Source of the DNA: Lachnospiraceae bacterium
Lineage (GTDB): Bacteria; Bacillota; Clostridia; Lachnospirales; Lachnospiraceae
Length of the DNA stretch: 64,000 nucleotides
Assembly: GCA_050944455.1 (NCBI GenBank)
Contig: JBMNRC010000002.1
Span: forward strand, 1-64,000
Reading direction: 5' to 3'
A program made the translations under genes and the position numbers. Below, one piece after another: positions 20,932-30,110 of the stretch. The stretch's first letter is position 1, and each line of letters starts with the position of its first letter. A model generated the notes under the pieces. It had not been told where the DNA came from, ran no database searches, and saw only the letters and a list, made by a program, of their open reading frames with translations.

Positions 20932-21135
20932 ATGGAGAAGAAAAATTCTGTAAGTACGAAGAAAACAGTCAGGAGAGTGGTGATCATTCTCGCGGTGATC
21001 GCGGCGGCCGCCGCGGCAATCTGGTGCCTGTACCGTTACCTGAAGCCGGATTACCTTGAGGATCTGGATGACGATGACGACTGGAGCGGCAGTGACGCGG
21101 GCGGCACCGCTGACGCCGCCGAAGAGGATGACTGA
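20932..21135 (+). CDS. small single-pass membrane protein with acidic C-terminal tail
   Basis: 67 aa, GGAGGAG RBS, one TM (VVIILAVIAAAAAAIWCL), tail DLDDDDDWSGSD..AAEEDD. Confidence 0.4.
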   Translation: MEKKNSVSTKKTVRRVVIILAVIAAAAAAIWCLYRYLKPDYLEDLDDDDDWSGSDAGGTADAAEEDD

Positions 21136-21180
21136 GACAGGCGCGTGCCGGAGCGGGAGTAAAGGAGCAGGGAGAGAAGA

Positions 21181-22656
21181 TTGAAGCGCGGACAGTTGAT
21201 TGAGGGAACAGCAGTGAGGGCGGATTACCCCGACAGAGCTGTTATCCTGACGGACGAAGGCGAAGCTGAAGTGAAAGGCGTGCTTCCCGGACAGAAAGTT
21301 ACCGCGCGGATAAAGAAAACCGCGAAAGGCCGGGCTAAGGGAACGCTGGTGGAAATTCTGGAACGCTCCCCGGAGGAAAGACCGGAGACCGCGTGCCCTC
21401 ATTTCGGCGTCTGCGGCGGGTGCTACTGCGAATCGCTCCCCTATGATGATCAGCTCAGGCTGAAGGAAGGCCAGATGAGAAGGCTTCTGGCCGGTGTTCT
21501 CCCGGACGGCAATACGGAATGTTTTGAGGGAATCCTGGCGTCCCCGGAGCAGGAGGGCTATCGGAACAAGATGGAACTCACTTTCGGAGACCTGACGCCG
21601 GGAGGCCCCCTCACGCTGGGACAGCACCGCCGGAACAGCTTTTACGATATCTGCGACGTCCCCGGCTGCCGGAACATGCCGGCGGATATGAAGGCGGCGG
21701 CCTCGTGCGTCAGGGATTTCTATGATTCCCTGGGCGTCCCCTTTTACCATCGGATGCGGCAGGCGGGCATCCTGCGCCATCTTCTTCTGCGCAGGAGCCG
21801 CGAGACCGGGGAGATGATGGCGGCTCTCGTCACCACGTCCTCGGAGCAGATTGTCCGCACCAGGATGAACCTGCGGAAAGGCCGGCCTGCCGGCGGAACT
21901 TCCGCGGAGCAGTGGAGCGGGGAAGCCCTGGAAAAGCTCAGGGAGCAGACAGCGCAGCGGCTCTGCCTCGACGGCCTGGTTCAGAAACTGCTGAGCCTCC
22001 CGCTGGAAGGACGGCTGTCCGGCATTCTGCACATCTGGAATGACAGCCCGGCGGATGTCGTCCAGAGCGACCGCACCGATGTTCTTTACGGTTCGCCGGT
22101 CATTCACGAAAGCCTGCTGGGACTCCATTTTGAGATCGCTCCGTTCTCGTTTTTCCAGACCAATTCCGCGGGAGCGGAGGTGCTGTACAGCACCGTCCGG
22201 GAGTTTGCCGGTTCGACGGAATCGAGACGGATTTTTGATCTGTACAGCGGTACCGGGACCATCGCGCAGCTTCTCGCGCCGGCGGCGGAGTCAGTGACCG
22301 GGATCGAGATCGTTGAGAGCGCGGTGGAGGACGCGCGCAGAAACGCGGCACGCAACGGCCTCAGCAATTGTACCTTTATCGCGGGCGATGTGCTCACCGA
22401 GCTGGACGCGGTGGAGGAAAAACCGGACCTGATTATCCTGGACCCGCCCCGCGACGGGATTCACCCGAAGGCACTGCCCAAAATCCTGTCCTACGGGGTG
22501 CCGTGCATCGTTTATGTATCCTGCAAACCGACCAGTTTCACCAGGGATTATCCGGCTTTCGAGGCGGCCGGCTACAGGCTGGCCCGCGCCAGGGCGGTAG
22601 ATATGTTTCCCGGAACTTCGGGGACGGAGCTGGTCAGCTGCCTGGTGCGAAGCTGA
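21181..22656 (+). CDS. 23S rRNA (uracil-C5)-methyltransferase RlmD/RumA family (TRAM + 4Fe-4S + SAM MTase)
   Basis: TTG start; TRAM domain, CPHFGVCGGC cluster cysteines, SAM motif DLYSGTGT, catalytic region at C-terminus. Confidence 0.85.
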   Translation: MKRGQLIEGTAVRADYPDRAVILTDEGEAEVKGVLPGQKVTARIKKTAKGRAKGTLVEILERSPEERPETACPHFGVCGGCYCESLPYDDQLRLKEGQMRRLLAGVLPDGNTECFEGILASPEQEGYRNKMELTFGDLTPGGPLTLGQHRRNSFYDICDVPGCRNMPADMKAAASCVRDFYDSLGVPFYHRMRQAGILRHLLLRRSRETGEMMAALVTTSSEQIVRTRMNLRKGRPAGGTSAEQWSGEALEKLREQTAQRLCLDGLVQKLLSLPLEGRLSGILHIWNDSPADVVQSDRTDVLYGSPVIHESLLGLHFEIAPFSFFQTNSAGAEVLYSTVREFAGSTESRRIFDLYSGTGTIAQLLAPAAESVTGIEIVESAVEDARRNAARNGLSNCTFIAGDVLTELDAVEEKPDLIILDPPRDGIHPKALPKILSYGVPCIVYVSCKPTSFTRDYPAFEAAGYRLARARAVDMFPGTSGTELVSCLVRS

Positions 22657-22876
22657 CCGACCGGGTTTCAGAAACCGGGCGGCGCGTGAATCCCCCGGCT
22701 GTTCGGAGACCCGGCGCGAGGTACGGGGCCGGACGCCGGCGCCCGGGCAGGAAGGGGAACTCCACGCGGACGCAGAGTGAAAGATGAGCGATCCGCGTGT
22801 TTTCGGCGGCATGCCGCACGACGGGCGGGCATCCGGCCGCCAGATAAATTCTAATCAAGGATTAAGGAGGAACATT

Positions 22877-23083
22877 ATGGAGAAGGAAGTTGTCGACAGA
22901 GAGATCTGCCACTGCAAGCATGTCAACTACTCCGATATTGACGCGGCTCTGCACAACATGAAGAACTTTGACAGCGTAGTCACCGCGTTTGATGAAGTCC
23001 AGAAGCAGACGCACTGCTCCACAGGCTGCGGGAAGTGCCACGACGCCATCATGGATACGATTTCCGAGATCATGATGGGCTGA
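22877..23083 (+). CDS. BFD-like (2Fe-2S)-binding domain protein
   Basis: 68 aa from ATG 22877 with AAGGAGG RBS; CHCKHV...CSTGCGKC cysteine pattern; the 99-aa track ORF extends upstream without support. Confidence 0.65.
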   Translation: MEKEVVDREICHCKHVNYSDIDAALHNMKNFDSVVTAFDEVQKQTHCSTGCGKCHDAIMDTISEIMMG

Positions 23084-23245
23084 GACGGCCTTTGCGGGGA
23101 AAGCATCCGGACAGAGCCGCAGAAAACGCGCTGTCCGGATGTCTTTGTCTTTATGTAAAAGCGCCGCATGGTTTGACGCTGCCTGGAGGCAGCGGCGGTA
23201 TCCGCGCGGGAATCCGCGTTTCACCGCGAAAACTTTAAAAAGTGC

Positions 23246-23274
23246 TTGACAGGATTATGCAAAACAGGTATGAT
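23246..23274 (+). promoter_or_regulatory. sigma-A promoter TTGACA-17-TATGAT driving the tRNA cluster
   Basis: TTGACA 23246-23251, TATGAT 23269-23274, about 40 nt before tRNA-Phe. Confidence 0.6.
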
Positions 23275-23315
23275 AACTGTCGTTGATGCACCGGAGATTT
23301 TCCGGTACAGCACGG

Positions 23316-23388
<73 letters not shown>

Positions 23389-23392
23389 TTCC

Positions 23393-23463
23393 GCAGGTGT
23401 AGTTCACTGGTAGAACACTAGCCTTCCAAGCTAGATAAGTGGGTTCGATTCCCATCACCTGCT
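23393..23463 (+). tRNA. tRNA-Gly (UCC)
   Basis: acceptor GCAGGTG/CACCTGC, anticodon stem CTAGC/GCTAG, loop CUUCCAA, T-loop TTCGATT. Confidence 0.85.
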
Positions 23464-23477
23464 TTGTTCCACAATAT

Positions 23478-23549
23478 GCGCGAGTGGCTCAGAGGTGGAG
23501 TGTCGCCTTGCCAAGGCGAAGGTCGCGGGTCCGAATCCCGTCTCGCGCT
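23478..23549 (+). tRNA. tRNA-Gly (GCC) with atypical T-loop (C at position 55)
   Basis: acceptor GCGCGAG/CTCGCGC, anticodon stem TCGCC/GGCGA, loop UUGCCAA; T-loop reads UCCGAAU instead of UUCGAAU. Confidence 0.7.
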
Positions 23550-23554
23550 TTCAG

Positions 23555-23581
23555 GGATCGCAGAAATGCGGTCCTTTTTTT
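23555..23581 (+). terminator. rho-independent terminator after tRNA cluster
   Basis: GGATCGCA gaaa TGCGGTCC followed by TTTTTTT. Confidence 0.8.
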
Positions 23582-23881
23582 GTGCGCAGGCGGAGACCGC
23601 GGCAGAAAAGGAAAGCCTCGGAAAAACCGGGCCGCGGCGCTGCCGACGGCATAGAATTCCCTGGGGCCTCACGGGATGCCCGTGAGCGGAAAAAGAGAAT
23701 CGGAAACGCTGCCGGCCGGCCCTCAGAAACGGCGGACGCAAGCAGGAAACAGCGTGGATTCGTGAAAATTTTTTAAGAAATCGGACCCGGAAAAAACACA
23801 TTTTTTCTGTAGGATAAAATCACAGAGGCGAAAACTTCTGAACAGGAAACAGCTGATCAGCATAAACGTTCCTTTTTCATA

Positions 23882-23910
23882 TTGACAATGAGAAAATGAT
23901 TGCCTATAAT
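23882..23910 (+). promoter_or_regulatory. perfect consensus sigma-A promoter TTGACA-17-TATAAT
   Basis: TTGACA 23882-23887, TATAAT 23905-23910, drives the 23959/24228 two-gene cassette. Confidence 0.65.
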
Positions 23911-23958
23911 GAGGACACACAGAGAGGAAATCAGTTTCCCCCATCAGGAGGCAGTCAG

Positions 23959-24222
23959 ATGAATGAGAGGGCGGTACAGTTCCGGGAAGGCCAGAGCGTC
24001 TGGGTGATTGAACACAACAACCGTGTCCGAGAGGTCACGCTGGTTCGTTCGGCCGACGGCTTTGCGTTGGTACGGTTTCCGCGCGGCGGGATGGCGAATC
24101 TGAGGGAAAGCAGGCTTTATCCTGACAGGGAATCGGCCATCAGCCATCTTCCCGCGGCTGTACAGGCCCGCAGCCGCAGAGGGTTCTACACAAAGTACGA
24201 TTACAGCGAAACATGGAGGTGA
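23959..24222 (+). CDS. hypothetical small protein (87 aa)
   Basis: ATG 23959 with GGAGG RBS; beta-rich sequence QSVWVIEHNNRVREVTLVRSADGFALVRF; no family recognised. Confidence 0.45.
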   Translation: MNERAVQFREGQSVWVIEHNNRVREVTLVRSADGFALVRFPRGGMANLRESRLYPDRESAISHLPAAVQARSRRGFYTKYDYSETWR

Positions 24223-24227
24223 AAGCT

Positions 24228-24527
24228 ATGACAGGGGAGACCTTTGGAAAATACATTTCAACAATCAGGACAGAACGGGAAATTCCGGCGGAGACAATCT
24301 ACGGGCAGCTGAGCATAACGGCTCCCTACCTCTATGCCGTGGAGCACGGGTACAGCGCTCCTTTCGATGAAGAGCGGATGAACCAGCTCGCCGCGGTTCT
24401 GAAGCTGACGCCGGAGGAAGAAAAGCACATGAGGCTTCTGGCGGCGCAGGATATCGCGGCCCGGAGCAGCTGTGTTTCCCCGGACCGGGTGATCAGCTAC
24501 CTGTTCGCTCTCCGCAATGCCGGCTGA
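24228..24527 (+). CDS. XRE-family helix-turn-helix protein (about 100 aa)
   Basis: FGKYISTIRTEREIPAETIYGQLSITAPYLYAVEHG matches HTH_3 pattern; GGAGGTG RBS; start overlaps stop of previous gene. Confidence 0.55.
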   Translation: MTGETFGKYISTIRTEREIPAETIYGQLSITAPYLYAVEHGYSAPFDEERMNQLAAVLKLTPEEEKHMRLLAAQDIAARSSCVSPDRVISYLFALRNAG

Positions 24528-24760
24528 CGCCGGAGACAGCCTCAGGCGGCTGATCGATTAGATAAAAACACACCAGGGAGCTCCGACGGCTCTGAACCGT
24601 GCGGAGAATCCCTGGTTTTTCGCGTTCTGTGTCTGCGTTTTTTTCACGTTGGGCTCCGGCGGGAATCTCCCGGATCCCGCAGCAGGAGCGTCCGAGTTCT
24701 CCGCTCTGCGGACACAGACAAACTGCAGGAGGCTCCTGGGACTTCAGGGGACCGCGGAAG

Positions 24761-27190
24761 TCAGAACAGGACGTCGTAGACCGGATCCAGGCGGCACCCG
24801 TCGATCTCCGACACGGCGCTGTGTTTCGCGGGATTTTCGCATTCCAGATAAACCCGGTCTTCAGGGCGGAGCTCATAAATTTTTACCGTCAGGCGTGGAC
24901 AGCCTCCCCGGCTTGCGCGGCACAGCCCGCCGTAAAGCCCGACCCAGTTTTCGCTCCCGTCAAACAAGGCGCGCCGCAGGCTGATCCGCGCTTCCTGGCC
25001 CGTGAAAAAGCCGTCAGCGATCATCCGGTCCCCCAGCCAGCATTCCATCCGGTCGCCGCGGTACCGCAGACAGAGATATAGATCTGTGCAGGCGGGCGCG
25101 TCGCCGCGGCTCCGGCCCGAACGGAAAAGTTCTCCGGCGGTCGGGAGATCGATGGAATAGACGGTTCCCCCGCGGCTGAATTCCTCCGGGAGATCACAGA
25201 CCGGCTGAGGCCTGTGATCCCCGGCGGGAAGAATCCCCGCGCTGCGGGAATCCGTGACCAGGCTGGAAATATCCGCGCTCCGCGCTTCCTCCCGGACAAT
25301 CGGCGCCGGGAAGGAAGGCTCTTCAGGGGCGGATTCTTCCGCAGGGCTGTTCGGACTTCCGTCCGGCGCTTCATCCGGCCTCCCCGGGTCCGCGGCGGAA
25401 AAATACCGGGTAAATCCGTCTTCCGCCGGCTCCCGGACAAACCCGGCGGGAACGGAAGGCAGTTCCGGCCACGTCAGAAATGATTTCCAGGGCTTCGGCC
25501 CGCGCAGACGGATCCGGCCGTCCTGGCAGGTCACCTCATCTTCGGAGAGGAGCAGATACTGCCGGCCGCTCAGAGTGACGCGGGCGGCGTTCAGGGCTTC
25601 CTTCTTTGTCAGGTGAATCAGCCGGACGCTTCCGGGATCGCCTTCGAGAACAAACTGAGGATCCCTGTCCCCGTAGAAAATGACGGCTTCGCTGTTTCCG
25701 GTGCCTGCGTTCAGCCGCATCAGCGGCGTGGCCAGGGCGGATTTCAGTACGCAGCCTTCGCTGATCTCCAGGTTGAAGGGGAAAAAGAAGAACTCGCCGT
25801 CACTGACATCGAAGGCAGGGAAAAACGGCCCGCCTGAAACGTCGCCTGCAGCGGCGCCGCCGGACGGATGTTCTCCTGCCGGGGCTGTCCCTGAATCATC
25901 CGGTCGCGGGAGGTTGTTCCGGCTCAGCGGGAGAGGAAGGCGCACCCCTCGGTGCTCAGCCAGATGACGGCATCGCACGTAATTGTTGACGAAAAGCCAC
26001 CCGGATTTCCCGTCGGTCCGCCAGGAATATCGAAGGTGAGTGAAATCGGCCGGATCCCGGGGGCTGTCCCCCGGGAACACCGGGGCCATCGCGGCCAGGC
26101 CGCTCCCGAAATCCTGCAGGAAAAGCCCGATCAGGCGGAGCTCCCGCCAGGTTTCCCCGGTCTGTCCGCATTCCCGGATCGGCGCGTTGAAATCGTAGCT
26201 TTTCACCGGCAGATCATTGTTATATCCCGTCGCCTTGGATTCCTGCAGGGGATAAAACTTTCCGTCCGGGTTTGTTCCCCCGGCATACATATAATATCCC
26301 AGGAGGGAGCAGCCGCTCCCCATCTTGCAGACAGACATGGCGGCGGCGTCCGCGGCGGACGCCACCGGCCGCCGGTGGTGCGTCACCTGCAGCCCGCCGC
26401 CGAGCTCTGCGGTCAGAAACGGGAATCTGCCGAGATCGTAGGTAATTCCCCATCCGAAGCCGTGGTCGCTCCCGATATTGGCGTCGTTGCGCTCCGGCGT
26501 GAACACAAAGTTTCCGGACGGAGGAAGCACAGTGAGGCGGGAGTCCCAGGGGGCGTCGGCGTAGCCGCCCATCACGGGAAGCGCTCCGCCGGTGACGGCG
26601 CCGCCCCACCCGGTCGCCGTATAGTAAGGGACGTCGAAACCGCAGCGGACGGCCAGCCTGCGCAGGGTTTTCATGTGCTCTTCGCCTTCCGCCGCGTTCC
26701 GGCCGCCGACGTGACCGTATTCGTTTTCCAGCTGGATGCCGATCACGGGGCCGCCGTCCCTGAGCAGAAGCCCTTTCGACTGCTCCGCCAGCAGCCGGTA
26801 ATATTTTTCTACATAGGCCAGATATTCCGGGTCATTGCACCGCAGCGGGATATTTTTCCGCAGCAGCCAGTCCGGAAAGCCGCCGTTGCGCACTTCCCCG
26901 TGACACCACGGCCCGATGCGCAGCAGTACTTCCATTCCGCATTTCTTCGCGGTTTCCAGAAAGCGGCGCAGGTTCAGGTTCCCGGAGAAATCCGGTTTTC
27001 CCTCTTCCTGCTCATGGTGCATCCAGATGCAGTAGGCGGAAGCGATCCGTACTCCGCCGGATTTCATGGTGTTCAGGGTTTCCTTCCAGCAGGCTTCCGG
27101 AACACGGGAGTAGTGGATTTCCCCCATCATGGGAAACCACGGCCGGCCGTTTTTGGTCAGATATTGAGGTGTGAAACTGAAGCGGTCCAT
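24761..27190 (-). CDS. glycoside hydrolase family 35 beta-galactosidase with about 260-aa C-terminal extension, no signal peptide
   Basis: ATG 27190 with AAAGGAGG RBS; GH35 signature GGPVIGIQLENEYG and GPWCHGEVRNGGFPDWL. Confidence 0.85.
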   Translation of the reverse strand: MDRFSFTPQYLTKNGRPWFPMMGEIHYSRVPEACWKETLNTMKSGGVRIASAYCIWMHHEQEEGKPDFSGNLNLRRFLETAKKCGMEVLLRIGPWCHGEVRNGGFPDWLLRKNIPLRCNDPEYLAYVEKYYRLLAEQSKGLLLRDGGPVIGIQLENEYGHVGGRNAAEGEEHMKTLRRLAVRCGFDVPYYTATGWGGAVTGGALPVMGGYADAPWDSRLTVLPPSGNFVFTPERNDANIGSDHGFGWGITYDLGRFPFLTAELGGGLQVTHHRRPVASAADAAAMSVCKMGSGCSLLGYYMYAGGTNPDGKFYPLQESKATGYNNDLPVKSYDFNAPIRECGQTGETWRELRLIGLFLQDFGSGLAAMAPVFPGDSPRDPADFTHLRYSWRTDGKSGWLFVNNYVRCRHLAEHRGVRLPLPLSRNNLPRPDDSGTAPAGEHPSGGAAAGDVSGGPFFPAFDVSDGEFFFFPFNLEISEGCVLKSALATPLMRLNAGTGNSEAVIFYGDRDPQFVLEGDPGSVRLIHLTKKEALNAARVTLSGRQYLLLSEDEVTCQDGRIRLRGPKPWKSFLTWPELPSVPAGFVREPAEDGFTRYFSAADPGRPDEAPDGSPNSPAEESAPEEPSFPAPIVREEARSADISSLVTDSRSAGILPAGDHRPQPVCDLPEEFSRGGTVYSIDLPTAGELFRSGRSRGDAPACTDLYLCLRYRGDRMECWLGDRMIADGFFTGQEARISLRRALFDGSENWVGLYGGLCRASRGGCPRLTVKIYELRPEDRVYLECENPAKHSAVSEIDGCRLDPVYDVLF

Positions 27191-27685
27191 TCGGTACCTC
27201 CTTTGACAAAGACAATCCGGCAGCGGAAACTCCATCTGAACTGCCGCCCGTGCGGAGAGGTTCCTGCAGCAAGGTCAGGCGCAGGCGGCGCAGGACGCCG
27301 GCCGGGATGAGGCTCACAGGGAGAAATCCGGCGGTGCACAGCGGGGAAGACCGGTCTGGAGAATTTGCCGGATGCTGAGAGCACGGAAAATAATACTGAA
27401 GTGATTTTACCATACTTTTGGAAACGCCGGCACCCGCCGTCCTGTATTGGCCGGCTTTTCCGGCGGCAAAATGAAGACAGTGAAAGTCGATCTTCTGATA
27501 ACTCCGGGGAAAGTTTCGATAAATTTTAGATGTCCGGCATTGATAAATTGGATAAAATATGATACACAATTTACCGGAAAATGATTCCGCGGTGAGAGCG
27601 GATCATCTGCTATTCAGGGGAAAGAAGGAAAACGGCTGAAGGGCTGTGCTTTCCGCAGATCATCAGGGAAGGGAGGCATGGGACG

Positions 27686-29209
27686 GTGAGCGGACAGAAA
27701 CTGAACAGAGAGACAGAAGTGAAATCCGAAAAGAAAGCTGAAGTGAATCAGGAAACGGGAACGAAACTGAAGGCAGAAACAGACGCGAAGCTGGAAACGG
27801 AAACGGAAACAGAATTGAAACAGGATACGGAAGCAAAACTGAACGAACAGGCGGACGCTGAACCGCTGAAGGAAACAGATACAGAACCGAAGAAGGAACC
27901 GAAGCCGAAAAAGGAGGCCGGAACAGAAGAAGCGAAGAGGGAACGGAACAGAAAACCGGAGACGGCTGCGAAAACGGTTTCCGGCGGAAAGGCGGAGACG
28001 GAACCGAAAAATACCCCGGAAAAGAAAGCGGAGCAGGCAAAAATCTGGGATGAGAATGCCGACGAACTGCTCAAGCTTGCCGGAGAAAACGGAAACGCGC
28101 TGGATTTCGCGGATATCAAAAAGTTTTTCGAAGCAAAGCATATCGAGCCGGAGCAGCTGACGGAAGTCTACAACGGCCTGGAAGACGCGGGCGTCGCCGT
28201 GCTGAGGCCGGAAGATACGAACGCTGAAGAAGAGGAAGAAGAGGACAGCGGGGAAATGGATGATGAGCCCGTGTCCGAGCTGGTAGAGTCCCCGGATGAA
28301 AATGATGAATCCGGAGACGAGTCCAGGATGACCTGGACGCCTGAGAGATCAAACCCGAGGGAGGACGCGGATTTTACCGCTTCCGGCGAGGATCTTGTCA
28401 AGGTTTACCTGAGGGAAATCGGGCGCATCCCCCTGCTCACGCAGGAGCAGGAAATCGAACTGGCCAAGAGAATGGAAGCAGGGGACAAATCCGCCAAGGA
28501 ACTTCTGATCACGGCAAACCTGCGCCTGGTCGTCAGCGTCGCAAAGAAATACCTGAACCGCGGCCTCAGCTTCTCTGACCTGATTCAGGAGGGTTCTATC
28601 GGCCTGATGAGGGGCGTTGAAAAGTTTGATTACCGCAAGGGGTATAAGCTCAGCACTTACGTTACCTGGTGGATCCGCCAGGCTATGTCCCGCGCCCTGG
28701 CGGACCAGTCCCGCACAATCCGCCTTCCGGTTCACCTGACAGAGACGATGAACCGCGTGTTGCGGGCCTCCCACAAGCTGGCTGAGCAGTACGGCAGGGA
28801 GCCTACCGCCGCGGAGCTGGCGAAGGAACTCCAGATGACGGAAGACCAGATCAACGAGATCATGCAGGTTTCCCGCGATCCCACATCCCTCGATACCCCG
28901 ATCGGCGAGGAGGAAGACACGAGCCTTTCCGATATGGTCGCCGACACCAACCTGATTTCGCCGGAAGCGAACGCGGAACAGCAGATGCTGAAGGAGGAAA
29001 TCAACAAACTCCTCAATGAGCTGGACGAGCGCGACCGCAAGGTGCTGGAGCTCCGCTTCGGCCTCAACGGCAACAAGCCTCACACGCTGGAGGAAATCGG
29101 CAGCCAGCTCGGCGTCACCCGCGAGCGCGTGCGCCAGATCGAGGACAAGGCGATCCGGAGACTCCGCAACCACCAGAAATCAAAGCGAATCAGTGATTTC
29201 GCGGAGTGA
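27686..29209 (+). CDS. sigA: RNA polymerase sigma factor RpoD/SigA with about 125-aa Lys/Glu/Thr-rich repetitive N-terminal extension
   Basis: GTG start with GGGAGG RBS; region 2-4 motifs [37 protein letters not shown]-terminal region 4 HTH; isolated from dnaG. Confidence 0.92.
   Translation: MSGQKLNRETEVKSEKKAEVNQETGTKLKAETDAKLETETETELKQDTEAKLNEQADAEPLKETDTEPKKEPKPKKEAGTEEAKRERNRKPETAAKTVSGGKAETEPKNTPEKKAEQAKIWDENADELLKLAGENGNALDFADIKKFFEAKHIEPEQLTEVYNGLEDAGVAVLRPEDTNAEEEEEEDSGEMDDEPVSELVESPDENDESGDESRMTWTPERSNPREDADFTASGEDLVKVYLREIGRIPLLTQEQEIELAKRMEAGDKSAKELLITANLRLVVSVAKKYLNRGLSFSDLIQEGSIGLMRGVEKFDYRKGYKLSTYVTWWIRQAMSRALADQSRTIRLPVHLTETMNRVLRASHKLAEQYGREPTAAELAKELQMTEDQINEIMQVSRDPTSLDTPIGEEEDTSLSDMVADTNLISPEANAEQQMLKEEINKLLNELDERDRKVLELRFGLNGNKPHTLEEIGSQLGVTRERVRQIEDKAIRRLRNHQKSKRISDFAE
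27700..28030 (+). repeat. purine-rich imperfect coding repeats (ETE/KLK/TEPK periodicity) inside the sigA 5' region
   Basis: GGAAACGGAAAC/GAAGGAACCGAAG type repeats; spawns three spurious minus-strand ORFs. Confidence 0.7.
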
Positions 29210-29303
29210 ACCGTCTGTGCGGAATCCTTCCCCGGAATATCCAGGCGGCGGACCGCCGGAACAGGTTTCCGGGATGAAAAGACAGAACTGTTTTAAGCCA
29301 GGG

Positions 29304-29351
29304 CCCGGCAGAAGATGCTTTCGCACTTCTTCTGCCGGGTCTCTCCGTCTT
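29304..29351 (+). terminator. rho-independent terminator after sigA
   Basis: CCCGGCAGAAG / CTTCTGCCGGG 11-bp stem with U-rich tail. Confidence 0.6.
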
Positions 29352-29394
29352 AAGAACGCCTGCCGGGGGCGGCCGTCCCGACCGCGCGGCAGCG

Positions 29395-29531
29395 CCGGCG
29401 TCCTGATCGGGCGGAAGCACCGGTGCCGCTGCCGGGGAGCCGATTTCGCGGGAGGGTCCGGCAGCCCTGCCGGCGTCCTGGTCTGGCGGAAGCGTCTGGC
29501 GTCCCTGCCGGGAATCCGATTGCGCGGGAGC
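29395..29531 (+). repeat. two about 62-bp imperfect direct repeats (period about 75 bp)
   Basis: GCCGGCGTCCTG.TC.GGCGGAAGC...GCCGGGRA.CCGATT.CGCGGGAG at 29395 and 29470. Confidence 0.75.
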
Positions 29532-29641
29532 TTCGCGCGGCTCTGCTGTCTTTCTGCTTCCGCCGGAAGCCGGTGAAAATTTCTAAAAAACACTTTACAA
29601 AGTTTTGCTGAAGTGGTATTATTAAATTCGCCGTTTGGCAA

Positions 29642-29714
29642 GGAAAGTTAGCTCAGCTGGGAGAGCGCCCGCTTGACGTGCGGAAGGTCATGGGTTCGAG
29701 TCCCTTACTTTCCA
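29642..29714 (+). tRNA. tRNA-Val (GAC)
   Basis: acceptor GGAAAGT/ACTTTCC, D-arm GCTC AGCTGGGA GAGC, anticodon loop UUGACGU, T-loop TTCGAGT; two stem mismatches. Confidence 0.75.
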
Positions 29715-29720
29715 TCTCTG

Positions 29721-29757
29721 CACCGATGAGAAATCTCATCGGTGTTTTTTTGTTTTT
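29721..29757 (+). terminator. rho-independent terminator after tRNA-Val
   Basis: CACCGATGAG aaat CTCATCGGTG followed by TTTTTTTGTTTTT. Confidence 0.85.
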
Positions 29758-30110
29758 CTGATCCGGCATTTCCCCTGATTTTCTTTGCCCCGATTCTGTC
29801 CTGCCCGCCTCCGGTATTTTTCTGTTTTCATGTTTTCCCGCTTTGAAATTCTGCTGCTTCCGTTTTTATCAGCGTGTGCTTCCTCCGGCTCTGAAACCCG
29901 GCGGAATCCCGGCGCCTGAAAAATCCGCAATATTTCATCGCTCATCTTTTTGAAACCGGGATTTTTCCGTTGCACTTTTCGGGGAATCTCGTATACTGTG
30001 GGACAACAGCAAAAATACAGCATCCGTTCCGGGATTGTTTCACTGCCGCCGCGGACGGAAGTCATACCGGCGGAAACGCCGGTATCCTGATGAGAAAAAA
30101 GGAAGGTAGT

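Noticed and set aside
19660-22128. 822-aa minus-strand ORF spanning the pcrA 3' end and the rlmD-like gene
   Set aside because: Low-complexity Arg/Ala/Pro-rich translation typical of antisense reading of GC-rich genes. The sense strands carry unambiguous PcrA and RlmD motifs.
22657-22876. Possible riboswitch upstream of the BFD-like gene
   Set aside because: Only a short imperfect palindrome (CCGGGTTTCAGAAACCGGG) after the rlmD-like stop. No recognisable conserved riboswitch core.
25952-27310. 452-aa plus-strand ORF antisense to the GH35 gene
   Set aside because: No recognisable domain, composition biased to Arg/Gly/Pro. The opposite strand has the GH35 signature.
27614-28141. Nested minus-strand ORFs inside the sigA 5' repeat region
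   Set aside because: Products are Phe/Ser/Leu-rich or Ser/Ala-rich mirror translations of the purine-rich repeat. sigA reads continuously on the plus strand.
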